This document shows, piece after piece, positions 1 to 12,829 of a stretch of 64,000 bases of DNA (within the stretch, counting starts at the first letter, position 1; the number at the start of each line of letters is the position of its first letter). The stretch comes from Octopus vulgaris (Eukaryota): contig OX597819.1 in the NCBI GenBank assembly GCA_951406725.2, forward strand, positions 65,348,001-65,412,000, read 5' to 3'. Below the pieces are notes generated by a model that worked only from the letters and a program-made list of their open reading frames with translations, had not been told where the DNA came from and did no database searches. The translations under genes were made by a program, and so were the position numbers.

Positions 1-107
1 CAGCAACAACTACTACCAATGCTACTGCTGCTGCTGCTGCCGCTGCTGCTACCGCTGCTGCTGCCGCTGCTGCTGTCACTGCTGCTGCTACTGTTTATGT
101 TGTTGCT
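1..107. repeat. (GCT)n imperfect trinucleotide repeat
   Basis: gctgctgctgct runs with ct/cc variants. Confidence 0.9.
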
Positions 108-456
108 TTCCTTTTACATTCGTAATTATTCTGTTTCCGTTATGGTCTGTTTTGTACTTTCTACACACTAATTCTTGTAAGTTATTTTTCGAGGTTTATT
201 TAATGGATTTATTATTTCTACTTAATTCATTTTATGAAACACGTAATTTTCCATTCATGTTATTTTTCATTTGTTTTTTAACAGAATGAGAAGAGCGGCA
301 GGTGAGATGCATTGCGGTATTTCGCTTTAACATTCCCGAAGAGGCCAATTAACACAAGATGGACTTTACAAGAGATGTTGCTTATGATTAGTAACGATAT
401 AATGTAGACAAAGAAGCTCAGACACTGAGAAATAAAATTCTGTTAACTTTGTAATA

Positions 457-617
457 GGCGCAGAAGCGGTTGTGTGGTAAGTAGCTTGCTTACCAACCAC
501 ATGGTTCCGGGTTCAGTCCCAATGCTTTCCAAATTGGGATAGTGTCTTCTATTATAGCCTCGGGCCAACCAAAGCCTTGTGAGTGGATTTCGTATACAGA
601 AACTGAAAGAAGCATTC

Positions 618-678
<61 letters not shown>

Positions 679-889
679 GTGGGGTTGTCCCCACAACATC
701 GCTTGACAACCAATGCTCCAGTGTTTACGTACCCGTAACTTAGCGGTTGGGCAAAGAAACCGATAGAATAAAAACTAAGGTAAGAAAGAATAAGTCCTGT
801 GGTCGATTTGCTCGACTAAAGGCGGGGCTCAAGTATGGCCGCAGTCAAATGACTGAAACAAGTAAAAGAATAAAAGAACAAAAGAATAA
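457..889 (+). mobile_element. tRNA-derived SINE family A (octopus-type, CORE-like centre) with internal (TA)n
   Basis: ggcgcag...tgtggtaagtag A-box, gggttcagtccc B-box, internal (TA)n 619-675, tail gactgaaacaagtaaaagaataaaaga; homologous copies at 4901, 19053, 54381, 56073. Confidence 0.9.
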
Positions 890-899
890 CATTTGTAAA

Positions 900-1110
900 A
901 GACGGTTAGAAGAATCGTCAGCACGGCAATATTGTTTTGCTACATATCATCTTCCTTTAGGTTGTGTGTTCAAATTCCGCCGAGCATGACTTTACCTCGG
1001 ATCTTTTCGGAATCGATAAAATGAGTACAAGCTGAGAATTGTAATCTAAATAGCAGTTGAGATCTTGTGTCGATGTAATCGTCTTTCCCTCGCCCTCGAA
1101 TTTCCTGTGA
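900..1110 (+). mobile_element. Degenerate SINE family B
   Basis: gttcaaattccgccgag...ttttcggaatcgataaaatgagtac matches the better copy at 49064. Confidence 0.65.
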
Positions 1111-1614
1111 TAATGTCAGTGTTTGAACACTATGTGTCAATGTGAAAGAGTTTTTATAGAATCGAGTATTTTCAGGTTAGCATGTGGACAGTACCCACAA
1201 AAACAAATTACTATGCTTCCTATAAATTGGCGCATACTGGTAGCTGGTTAATGTACTTAAGAGCGTTATTTCGTAATATCTCCACACCTTCAATAATCGC
1301 ATGTACAGTTTTTTTCTTATTTGCCACATTTCTGAGACTTCTGAAATGTTTTTGCAGAACTATTACTGTCTGCTGGGATTGACATGTCAATTAGCAAGCA
1401 AAGTTAAGCAATGTGATCAATCTGCTTTTTACAAGAATTGTGTTATCTCTCTATAATTTTTACTACTTTGGCAGTCTTATATACCTACCAGTTCTTCTCA
1501 CACGAGAGTCCAAATCTATGGCATATGTTTCAGTGCAGATGCTGACTAAGTCTATCACGATTAGGAATATATTTATTTAAGGCTAACGTAGAGCATTCAG
1601 AGACGAGCTGATCA

Positions 1615-1616
<2 letters not shown>

Positions 1617-1667
<51 letters not shown>

Positions 1668-1685
1668 TATATATCTATCTATCTA

Positions 1686-1745
<60 letters not shown>
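1617..1745. repeat. (TATC)n-(TA)n compound microsatellite
   Basis: direct reading. Confidence 0.95.
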
Positions 1746-1746
<1 letters not shown>

Positions 1747-1747
1747 C

Positions 1748-1812
1748 TTGGCTGATGAGAAATCACGCGCCTAGGTGGCGCTAAATTTTGAAACCTGTAC
1801 CAGGTTGACCAG
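1748..1812 (+). ncRNA. Degenerate type I hammerhead ribozyme
   Basis: CTGATGA 1752-58; stem II gaaat/atttt with inner gcgcc/ggcgc; GAAA 1790-93; stem III cctg-tac-cagg; TT; stem I tgg/cca is offset by 2 nt. Confidence 0.5.
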
Positions 1813-2068
1813 CATTTACTTGTTGTGACCCATTGGAGGTAAGACATTATTGTTGTTCACTGATATTTTTTCCTATCTTGTCTGTAATATATTTGTGACT
1901 ATTCGGTGGTACAGAAGTATTTTTAACTTCTATCATTAGCGATATAGGTACTCATGTAGTACCCTTGTGTATAAATGTACATATTTAATAACGTATGTAT
2001 ATATTTTATTAATTCGCTTATTACTTGTGATGGTATTTTAATAATACCATCCACATACACACACACAC

Positions 2069-2108
<40 letters not shown>

Positions 2109-2329
2109 TATGGAATATGCAATACGAATTTATGTATGTGTAGATTTAAGGAAGCGATATTTGTATAGATAGATTGAAATTAGTTGAGGTCTTTAAATCT
2201 GAAATGAAGAGTTTGTTCAAAATGTTGTGTCAATGCATGTAGGTATGTATATATGAATAAATATTTATGCATAAATATATACAAATGTATGTTTCGGAGG
2301 ATATATAATCCTGGTGGTTACCGTGGTGG

Positions 2330-2452
2330 CTCTCTGTCTATTCCAGGTTACGCTGAACCTCCCCGAGAACTACGTTAAGAGTACACGTGATTGTAGAGTG
2401 CTAAACTACTTGCACATTAATTTCAACTGGAACCCTCGTCGTCGTAATCGTA
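2330..2452 (+). mobile_element. SINE family C 3' fragment
   Basis: gagaactacgttaag...actggaaccctcgtcgtcgtaa, shared with 33567, 28825, 50410. Confidence 0.7.
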
Positions 2453-3234
2453 ACTTGTGTTACGAGTATTATGTTGCATTTCTGTGTATTTTCCTACCTC
2501 GCATTTCATAATATCATTATAACACTATATTATATTAAATATAACATATATTTATTTTGTATTGAATTATATTGTATCATGTTGTATTATATGATATAAT
2601 TTTGCTGTACAATAAATAATATATCAGTTTTGATTTAAGTGCATTATTTGTTATATTTTATTATCGAAAAAAAACTCTGTAATACCGATTACACACAATG
2701 CTAAGGAAGAGTTATGTTGCGAAAACAACAGAATAAATTTCAGTTCATAAACTCTCTTATTCACTTAAGAAAACCCATCAAGCCTTACATGACTTCAATT
2801 TAACGCTAATGTTAAAGTTATTTCTAACCATTAATACGTTTCAAGAGGAATAATACGAATTAAAATTGAAAAATAATAACAAAGAGATTTATAATAGCAA
2901 TTTACATAACTACTTACATAGAACAACCTAAAAGCTCAACACTTCACAATTTATATGAAATTTTAACTAGTAGATTTTGAGGGGAGATTATATGAAAGTA
3001 TGTACTAATTGCTAGTAAGTTAAATTTAACTGTCAGCGTAGACACATTACCGTTTGAATTACGATGGTTATACCTATACCAATGTCGGTATCTCTTTCTC
3101 TCTCTTTCACTGTTTCTGTCTCTGTTTTTGTCTGTTTGTCTCTCTATTTGCTTCTCACTCACTTTTTCTATGTATCCCCCTCTGTCTCTCTTTCCCTCTC
3201 TCTCTCGGTCTCCCTATATATATATATATATATA

Positions 3235-4312
3235 CTAGCTTAAGGTGACCCGCTCTACGCGCGGGTAAGAGTGTGGTTGTTACTTTCTGTTGCTTCCTTT
3301 CTGTTTTTTATCCCCACATTCTCCCTCTTTATTTCTCTCTCCTTTCCCACTCTCTTACTCTTCCTTTCTCTCGGACTCTCCTAAACACCAACATTTGAAG
3401 TGATTCTTTCTCACGACTCACCATGGCAAACATTCAAAACTTCTTCATGATGGACGGCAACAAATTGAAGATTTAAAGGCTGGCGCAAATTTTTTAGCAG
3501 AGAATTCCAAAACACCCGCTCCTGTAAATTTTAATCACCTTCCAGCTCCATTTAGACCCCTTTACATATTTTGGTTAATATACCCCGATTTCATTCGGGT
3601 CTAGACGGGCTACATTTTATAAGATGAGGAATTTTGACCTAGAGGTCACGCCTTTCAGTTGAGGAAAAAAATAGCTGCCATGCAAACTCGCCAGCACTTT
3701 AACATAGGTGTGCATATTTTCAACTCAACCGACCACATAATGCACACATTATATATATATATATGCATTAAATATACAAATGTATACAAATTATATATAC
3801 ATACATACACACAGTTGCGGCCAAAATGTTCAGACGACATTGTTTTCGTCAGAAAAGTACGTATAAAATTTTATCAAAGATGTTTTATATTCTATAATTT
3901 TCAGAGCTCGCTCAGGGCGCCATTGGGGCGACTGTACACAGCTACCGGCCCACTGTCGAAAAGTGTCTTGGTGCGACTATGAAAGATATCTAACCAGAGG
4001 CGGTAAATTCGTCACAATACAAGCAAGGTTCGAGTCAAGTGAGTACTCGACTGGAACCCTGCAAAGTGGAAATATTTTAGTTTTACCTTTATATCTGGGA
4101 CGTAGGACGTCCCGGATAAAAATTCAAATGTTTCCCCAGAAGTAGAGGTGGGCTGGATTGTAGCCACACTTCTATACAAGAGGGAGGACAAGATACAATT
4201 GATCGAATTTGCAAGAGACGGGCCTACAATTTCTGTCTGTTATATATTTTTGAGTATTGTTATCACTAGCGACATCAAGATATAACTTTGTAATTTGTAT
4301 TTTATGTGTAGA
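3235..4312 (-). mobile_element. Non-autonomous Helitron
   Basis: Minus strand ends acccgc-gcgtaga-gcgggt hairpin ... CTAG|T (3235-38) beside (TA)n; candidate A|TC start near 4312 or 4332 (uncertain). Confidence 0.65.
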
Positions 4313-4384
4313 TGTATATATATATATATAGATGTACATGTAATATGTACACATATATATACACATATATACATGCATTACCAC

Positions 4385-4600
4385 TATGACCCGGCAACGA
4401 CAGGGTCATAATGCTAGTATATCGATATATAAGAAACTGAGAATGTGTGTCTGTCTATGTGAATCCCTAAAACTTGAGAACTACACAACCATTTTCATTC
4501 AAATTTTACACACGCCCTACTTAGGGTCCGTGGAGTGCCATGGACAAAGCTCTGGGCGACATTAGGGCGACTGTACCCAGCTACCAGCCCACGGTTGGGT
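4385..4600 (+). mobile_element. Helitron 3' terminus joined to a Helitron-like 5' terminus
   Basis: tatgaccc/gggtcata hairpin then CTAG 4414-17; tcgatatataagaaactgagaatgtgtgtctgtc starts at 4422. Confidence 0.55.
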
Positions 4601-4900
4601 TGGGTTGGGTTAACATCAGAAACGAAATTGTTCTGCGAACAACGGAAGCAACAGATGTAAAATGAAGACAGGCAATATAAAAACATGTATGTGTATATTT
4701 AAGTGCATGTATGTGTATATGTAAGTGTATGTATGTATATGTGTATATGTTTGTATGTATATGTATGTGTATATATATGTATGTGTTTGCATGTATGTGC
4801 ATATATGTATGTGTATGCATATATGTGCATATATGTATGTGTATGTATGTGTTTGCATGTAGGTGCATATATGTATGTGTATGTACGTATGTCTATGTAT

Positions 4901-5086
4901 TTACTCTCTTTTTACTCTTTTACTTGTTTCAGTCATTTGACTGCGGCCTTGGAGCACCGCCTTTAATCGAGCAACTCGACCGCAGGACTTATTTTTGTAA
5001 GCCCAGTAATTATTCTATCGGTCTGTTTTGCCGAACCGCTAAGTGACGGGTACATAACACACCAGCACCGGACAGACACACAAACA

Positions 5087-5161
<75 letters not shown>

Positions 5162-5325
5162 ACGACAGGCTTCTTTCAGTTTCTGTCTACGAAATCCACT
5201 CACAAGGCTTTGGTCGGCTCGAGGCTATAGTAGAAGACACTTGCCCAAGTTGCCACGCAGTGGGACTGAACCCGGAACCATGTGGTTGGTAAACAAGCTA
5301 CTTACCACATAGCCACTCCTGCGCC
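4901..5325 (-). mobile_element. SINE family A, full length
   Basis: Reverse complement of the 457-889 element, internal (TA)n 5094-5153. Confidence 0.9.
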
Positions 5326-5417
5326 TATGTGTATCTATGTATGTGTATGTGTCTATGTATGTAAGTGTATGTATGTATGAATATGTGTGTTTGTGTTATA
5401 TATATATATATATATAA

Positions 5418-5745
5418 GTTCAGGAAAAATTTACATTCAAATGAATATGGTACTTAATTTAGATGCACCACAATTCTGTATGATGTTATCCATAAAAATC
5501 CTTCGTGTGATTATAATCAAAATAAGCAACAAGAATGACTCCGGTAATTTGATACGATCGTTTGGTACTACATCATTTTATAAAATGTTGTATTACAACA
5601 GATTTAAGATGCTCAGTACTCATCAGCCAATTATAGAGGTTTTCAATTAATTTCAAAAATTTCAAATCAAGTGGCAACATTATAGAGAAGGTAGATATAT
5701 AGACAAAGATGTGGATTTAAATTTTAAGAACATATGAGGTAGTGG
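5418..5745 (-). mobile_element. Possible PLE-derived terminal repeat with a hammerhead remnant
   Basis: Abuts (TA)n; minus strand has ttggCTGATGAgtac (5620-26) but the GAAA box is lost. Confidence 0.3.
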
Positions 5746-5774
5746 AGTCCATCAACTGACTGACTAAGATCTTA

Positions 5775-6569
5775 TTGGAGACCACAGACTACAGGAGGTG
5801 GAGAGGTTTACCTATCTTAGATCTACCGTCACCTACAACCAATCCCTTGATGCTGAGATCAATATACGCATTGGCAAGGCAGCTTCTGTGATGGCCCAAC
5901 TATCCAAACGGGCATGGGACAACAATAAGCTGACCAAGACCACAAAAATGAAGATTTACAAGGCATGTGTACTTAGCACTCTACTGTATGGAAGTGAGTC
6001 TTGGATGCCATGCACACACCCAGAGCGTCGACTAAATATCTTTCACCTGCGCCGCCTCCGGAAAATCCTTGGCATCAAATGGCAGAATCATATCCCCAAC
6101 AAAGTTGTCCTCAAGCAAACAGGAATACCAAGCATGTTTGCACTCCTCACACAAAGACGTATGAGATGGCTTGGACATGTTAAATGTATGGAAGATGCCA
6201 GAGTCTACGGTGAGCTTACTAGGGGCTCTAGGTCTGTGGGAAAAATGTTCTTACGATTTGCAAAAAGGACATGAATGCCTGCAACATCAATATTGCCAAC
6301 TGGGAAGCAGTTGCCAGTAACCGTGGAGTTTGGGGACGTACCGTAAAAGAGGAAACACAAAGAGTGACATAGAGAGAGAGAAGAAATGGAAAGACAAGAA
6401 AAGACATCAACGATAAAGTATGACATTACAACCAGCCAGACAAAATCTTCGCTACATTTGCGGCACCTGCCAGCAGGAGATGTATTAGGACATGAAATGT
6501 AAAAGCCAGACTAGATTATTTTATACGCAACTCCATTGTCTCCCGAGACGAAAAGGATGCCAACAACAA
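5775..6569 (+). mobile_element. 5'-truncated RTE (BovB-like) LINE; RT C-terminal remnant
   Basis: ORF 5798-6274: FTYL..., EINIRIGKAA, YKACVLSTLLYGSESW, RRLRKILGIKWQ, RRMRWLGHV; 3' end ccattgtctcccgagacg...ggatgcc(aac)n. Confidence 0.9.
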
Positions 6570-6654
6570 TATATATGGATTTTGTAGACAGGAACTGAAA
6601 CAAATCAATTGTCGACTTTGCCTTTCATCCTCTCGGGGTCGATAAATAAAGTAC

Positions 6655-6698
<44 letters not shown>

Positions 6699-6956
6699 AC
6701 ATGTAAGTGTATGTGTGTGTCTTTGTCTCTGTGTTTCGCCCTCATCACTGCTTCACAACTGCTGTTCATTTATTTACATCCACTTAACTTACTGGTTTCA
6801 CAGGAAAAAACTAATAGAATAAGTACCAGGATTATATAGCATTAAAAAAATCATTAGGATTTGTCTCATATTTTTGTTTGCCGACTCAGTTTTATCTATT
6901 AATTTATCTATGTATGTGTGTGTGTGTATATATATATATATATGTCTATCGATCTA

Positions 6957-8244
<1,288 letters not shown>

Positions 8245-8300
8245 TTTGTGATAAAAATTCTCAAGTAGCAAGATGATTTAATTTAATGGCTGCTGTTGCA

Positions 8301-8680
8301 TATTGGAAGAAGAGGCTTCCTCCAATCGTTGGGCAGGCGTGCGAATCATGCCGCAGTCGGGCTCAAATTTCAACATCGTCATGCACAATATCGGAAGCAT
8401 TCCTTGCAACAATACACACACATATATGCATATATACATACACGCATATATAGATTTGCGTGTATCCGTATATGTGAGTATGCCTATGTGTTTATTTGTA
8501 TATTGGAAGGAGAGGATTCCTTCAATCGTTGGGCGGATATGCCAATATGATCGCAGTCGGGCTTAGTTTTCAACATATTCATGCACACTGTCAGAAGCAT
8601 TACCTGCAACAATATGCTCACATACGTGTATATATACATACAAGCATATATAGACGTGTGAGTATGCATATATAAATATT
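8301..8680. repeat. Diverged tandem duplication, 200 bp period
   Basis: tattggaagaagaggcttcc... at 8301 recurs as tattggaaggagaggattcc... at 8501. Confidence 0.85.
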
Positions 8681-8890
8681 GACTACAATTTAAAATAGAT
8701 TTCATCTGACAAAAGATCCGTTTCAGATTCATTGGAAATAATGATGTCAGAGAGACGTCTTCAAATTATTTGTAGAATATGATACGTAAATTACCAGTTT
8801 TATATATCAAGGGTATTAATATTCCTTTATCCATTATCCCTCATTCTTTATTCATTTGCAGTAAATTTCGTCCGGAATGTATATACATAC

Positions 8891-8991
<101 letters not shown>

Positions 8992-9046
8992 ATATATATA
9001 TATATATATATACATATACATACAAACCACATACACGCACACATAT

Positions 9047-9078
<32 letters not shown>

Positions 9079-9127
9079 GACGGTATTGTAGTTCGCTTGA
9101 TGCATTGTGTATTGTTTGCAAAGAATA

Positions 9128-9381
9128 ATAAGTTTTGAATGGTATAACAATGCACTATAATCCAGACATTGGGCTCAGTACCTTTTTTGTAATTTAGTCA
9201 TCCAAAGTCTGATATGATATTTCGGAATAATATTTCTTCTTCAGATATTTTTAGATGGAGTCTGAGAACATCTGAAGAAGGAATATTATTCCGAAATATC
9301 ATATCTGACTATGGATGACTAAATTACAACAAGTATATAGCCCATTGTCTGCATTATAGTGCACTGTTATACCAATCAAAA

Positions 9382-9386
<5 letters not shown>
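9128..9386. repeat. Imperfect palindrome (~127 bp arms, centre ~9257) between (TA)n tracts
   Basis: ataagttttgaatggtataacaatgcactataa ... ttatagtgcactgttataccaatcaaaacttat. Confidence 0.9.
9259..9310 (+). ncRNA. Minimal type I hammerhead ribozyme (mirror copy at ~9205-9250 on minus strand)
   Basis: CTGAAGA 9272-78, A, stem II ggaat-att-attcc, GAAA 9293-96, palindromic ATAT stem III, ATC triplet; proximal stem I weak. Confidence 0.6.
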
Positions 9387-9437
<51 letters not shown>

Positions 9438-9541
9438 ACGAAAGAGAGAAAGAGAGAGAAAATTACAATGTATATATAGATAAGATACTAATGTCCCTCT
9501 ATCTCTTTGTACATAGATATATTTGTATCTATGTATATATA

Positions 9542-9647
<106 letters not shown>

Positions 9648-10159
9648 GTGTGTATATATATATATGTGTGTGCGTGTGTATGCTTATATATATGCGTTAA
9701 TATATGTAAACATATATATATATATGTATATATATATATGTATATGTGTGTGTTTGTGTATGTATATGTCTGTATGTATATATACATGCACTTACACATG
9801 TACCTAAATTGAAGTATGCGTATTCATTTGAATTGGAGCATGAGATTCTTCTGCACGCATATCTGCGTCAGATTAAGGCGTTTCGCTGTAAGGCAAATTT
9901 TATAATATTCAATAACAAAGTGTATAATAATTACGTACATTAAATTATCAATACAGTTGCCCTCGTAACAAACCAACTACTTATAAGAACCATAAAATGT
10001 ATCTGCAAAGAATATCTTTGACGCAGCTCGCGGGCATGACCTGAATAATATGGAAGAGTTTCAGGATAACGATCAAAACGGATTAAAGGTGAAGAAAAGA
10101 AGCTCGGAAATTAGATGCAAGCAGAAAAAACATCCTGAGAAACACACAGACATATACAC

Positions 10160-10198
<39 letters not shown>

Positions 10199-10293
10199 TA
10201 TACAAAACTCGCAATCACACATATGTAGATATAGATATGAATATATACATACACCGGTGTATATAGATATATAGATAGAATATACAGAAAGAT

Positions 10294-10346
<53 letters not shown>

Positions 10347-10443
10347 TATGTGTGTGTGTGTGTGTATTGATAAATAGCCAAGTTAGACAGATAGCTAGAT
10401 AGATAGGCAGATACATACAAACATACATGCATATATATATATA

Positions 10444-10480
<37 letters not shown>

Positions 10481-10503
10481 GCATATATATATGTATATAT
10501 ATA

Positions 10504-10548
<45 letters not shown>

Positions 10549-10569
10549 GATATATATATATATATATAT

Positions 10570-10634
<65 letters not shown>

Positions 10635-11387
10635 TATATATGTAGACAGAGAGATTGACAGAAAGACGTATGAGCAGATAGCTACATGGACAGATACAAA
10701 GACAGAGTGATAGATAGACATATGTGTAGATTTACATGCATATGAATGTAATTATTCACATATATATGAATGAGCATAATTTTATTCATCATACTCTCCG
10801 ATTGCATTCACGTTTTTCTATACCGAGTGATTTATGTTCATTTTATTGGCTTGTTTTTGTTTCAAAAAAAGCTAATGAATTTTTATAAACAACTTCACAC
10901 ACACATATCCGTACGCAAGCCCACACAAACATATACACACACAGGGCAACACGTGCACGCAGTCACAGGAATACACACAAAAATAACACATACAAAGACA
11001 AACTCATACACATACGCACAAAATAAAAACGGACGTCTATCTGTAGATTGTAAGATTATAGCGGCACTGGTGAAACATATCTTTTTGTGTGTTGCGATTT
11101 ACTTTTGTATGCAGTGTACGTGTTTGCGGGCTTCCAAATTTATATTCATATATATGTATATATGCATGTATGTACACACATACAAACATATATATAAAAA
11201 TATATATATGCAGGAGGTGTGAGAGACATGTATCGAACGGTATAGTGAAATGCACTATTGTTTCTTGAAATTCCAGATAAATGGAAAAGAGATAATGCAA
11301 CGTTTTTCTGTGTCACTGGATACATCCGCTTTGATTTAGGACAGTTTTAGAAAATATTGCATGTAACAATAAGCAAATGATTACAAC

Positions 11388-11436
<49 letters not shown>

Positions 11437-11616
11437 GAGAGAGAGATAGAGAGGGAGAAATAAATACATTGATACATACATATAACATACATATATATAT
11501 ATATACACTGAGATATGCACACACAAACTGACACATGAGTATATATATATTTAATACAAATGATATGTATATGCATATATATATATATATATATACGTAT
11601 GTGTACATACATCTAT

Positions 11617-11659
<43 letters not shown>

Positions 11660-11662
<3 letters not shown>

Positions 11663-12130
11663 GAAACGTGTACAACAAAAAATACGAAGCTCGAGTAGAT
11701 GGAACATGGACTATTTTTTCGAATAACAAAAGAGACAAATGGAAAACAAAACAAACGGCATAATGACCCTTTATCAGTTATTGGCTGTTTTTCTAGTCCC
11801 GTATTTCGAGGATTAAATATACATTTTCGATAAATCAGTTACTTCCGCAAAGCAAATTTAATAAAAATTGAGATTTTTGTGGAGGGTCAAAATTAGTAAC
11901 ACATCAGGACAGTGAAAAGAAACAGGAATGGCTGCAAAGCCTAACCGAGTTTGTGGTGGCCTAATTCAAGTTGAGACAGGAGACAAACCAAAACACGTTT
12001 TCCTTGTTCCACCTACAACGGAGAGAAAGAAAGAAACACAAGTTAGGAGAAGTTAGAAAGATGGACGATGGTCACGTGGTAGCCACGTGAGAAAGGGTGG
12101 AGATATTTAGTAACAGTACCGAATAGAAAA
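11660..12130 (-). mobile_element. Probable PLE-related interspersed repeat abutting (TA)n
   Basis: Minus strand aataaCTGATAAaggg...ttcGAAA resembles a decayed hammerhead; stems not convincing. Confidence 0.3.
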
Positions 12131-12325
12131 TTTTATTTGTCAGCAGAGGTGGAAGGAAAAAGTAGCATTTAATATTCACATAATTCTGGAAATACAAGGG
12201 ATTCATTTGAAATGTTGCTAGTCAACGCAATGTATTCGTGGGTGTGTGTCTGTAGGTGCCCGTGTGTGTGTATACTTTCACATCCAACATAAAGAGCAGT
12301 CACCACATTACATACCATGTCGTCT

Positions 12326-12408
12326 ACCTCTGATGAGTGTAGGCTTATATAATCGGATTATTACCTAACACACCATTGTACCCCTAGTGCGAAACCAATT
12401 GGTAAGAT
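12326..12408 (+). ncRNA. Type I hammerhead ribozyme, intact core, long stem II
   Basis: CTGATGA 12330-36; stem II gtgtagg/cctagtgc; GAAA 12391-94; stem III palindrome ACCAATTGGT; GTA triplet; stem I only ct/ag. Confidence 0.7.
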
Positions 12409-12442
12409 CAGCCATGATGGATATATAATACTGTACACTTCA

Positions 12443-12489
<47 letters not shown>

Positions 12490-12614
12490 TTGGATGATGT
12501 CAAAACATGGTCACGTTTTTATGTTCTTTATTATGCCATTTTAAAAAAGTAAACATTTCACAATGTTGAAGTGTGTTAATCATTGAAAATCATTTTGTAA
12601 TCTTCATAAAGTTC

Positions 12615-12652
12615 AATTAGCGCTTTCATACGTTTGTAGTATTCATCAGATT
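12615..12652 (-). ncRNA. Minimal type I hammerhead ribozyme, intact core
   Basis: Minus strand aat-CTGATGA-atac-tacaaac-gtat-GAAA-gcgc-TA-att; stem III palindrome AGCGCT. Confidence 0.75.
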
Positions 12653-12829
12653 TCAAATACATTAATACTATATCATTATCAGGAATAGTTGAAATTCAAG
12701 GTAAATAATTATTATAATAGTATATTAATAGTTTATAAAGTATATTTATGTTCAAGGCAAATATTATAATATAATATTACATAGTATATCTCTGTTAAAG
12801 GAATACTCACTTTATCTTTAATATGCTCA

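Noticed and set aside
457-540. tRNA genes at SINE heads
   Set aside because: A/B boxes continue into SINE bodies; no complete cloverleaf
12560-12655. Minus-strand peptide KRMKALIE resembling a Tc1 transposase tail, with CAG at a TA edge
   Set aside because: Too short and needs a frameshift; the same bases fit a complete hammerhead better
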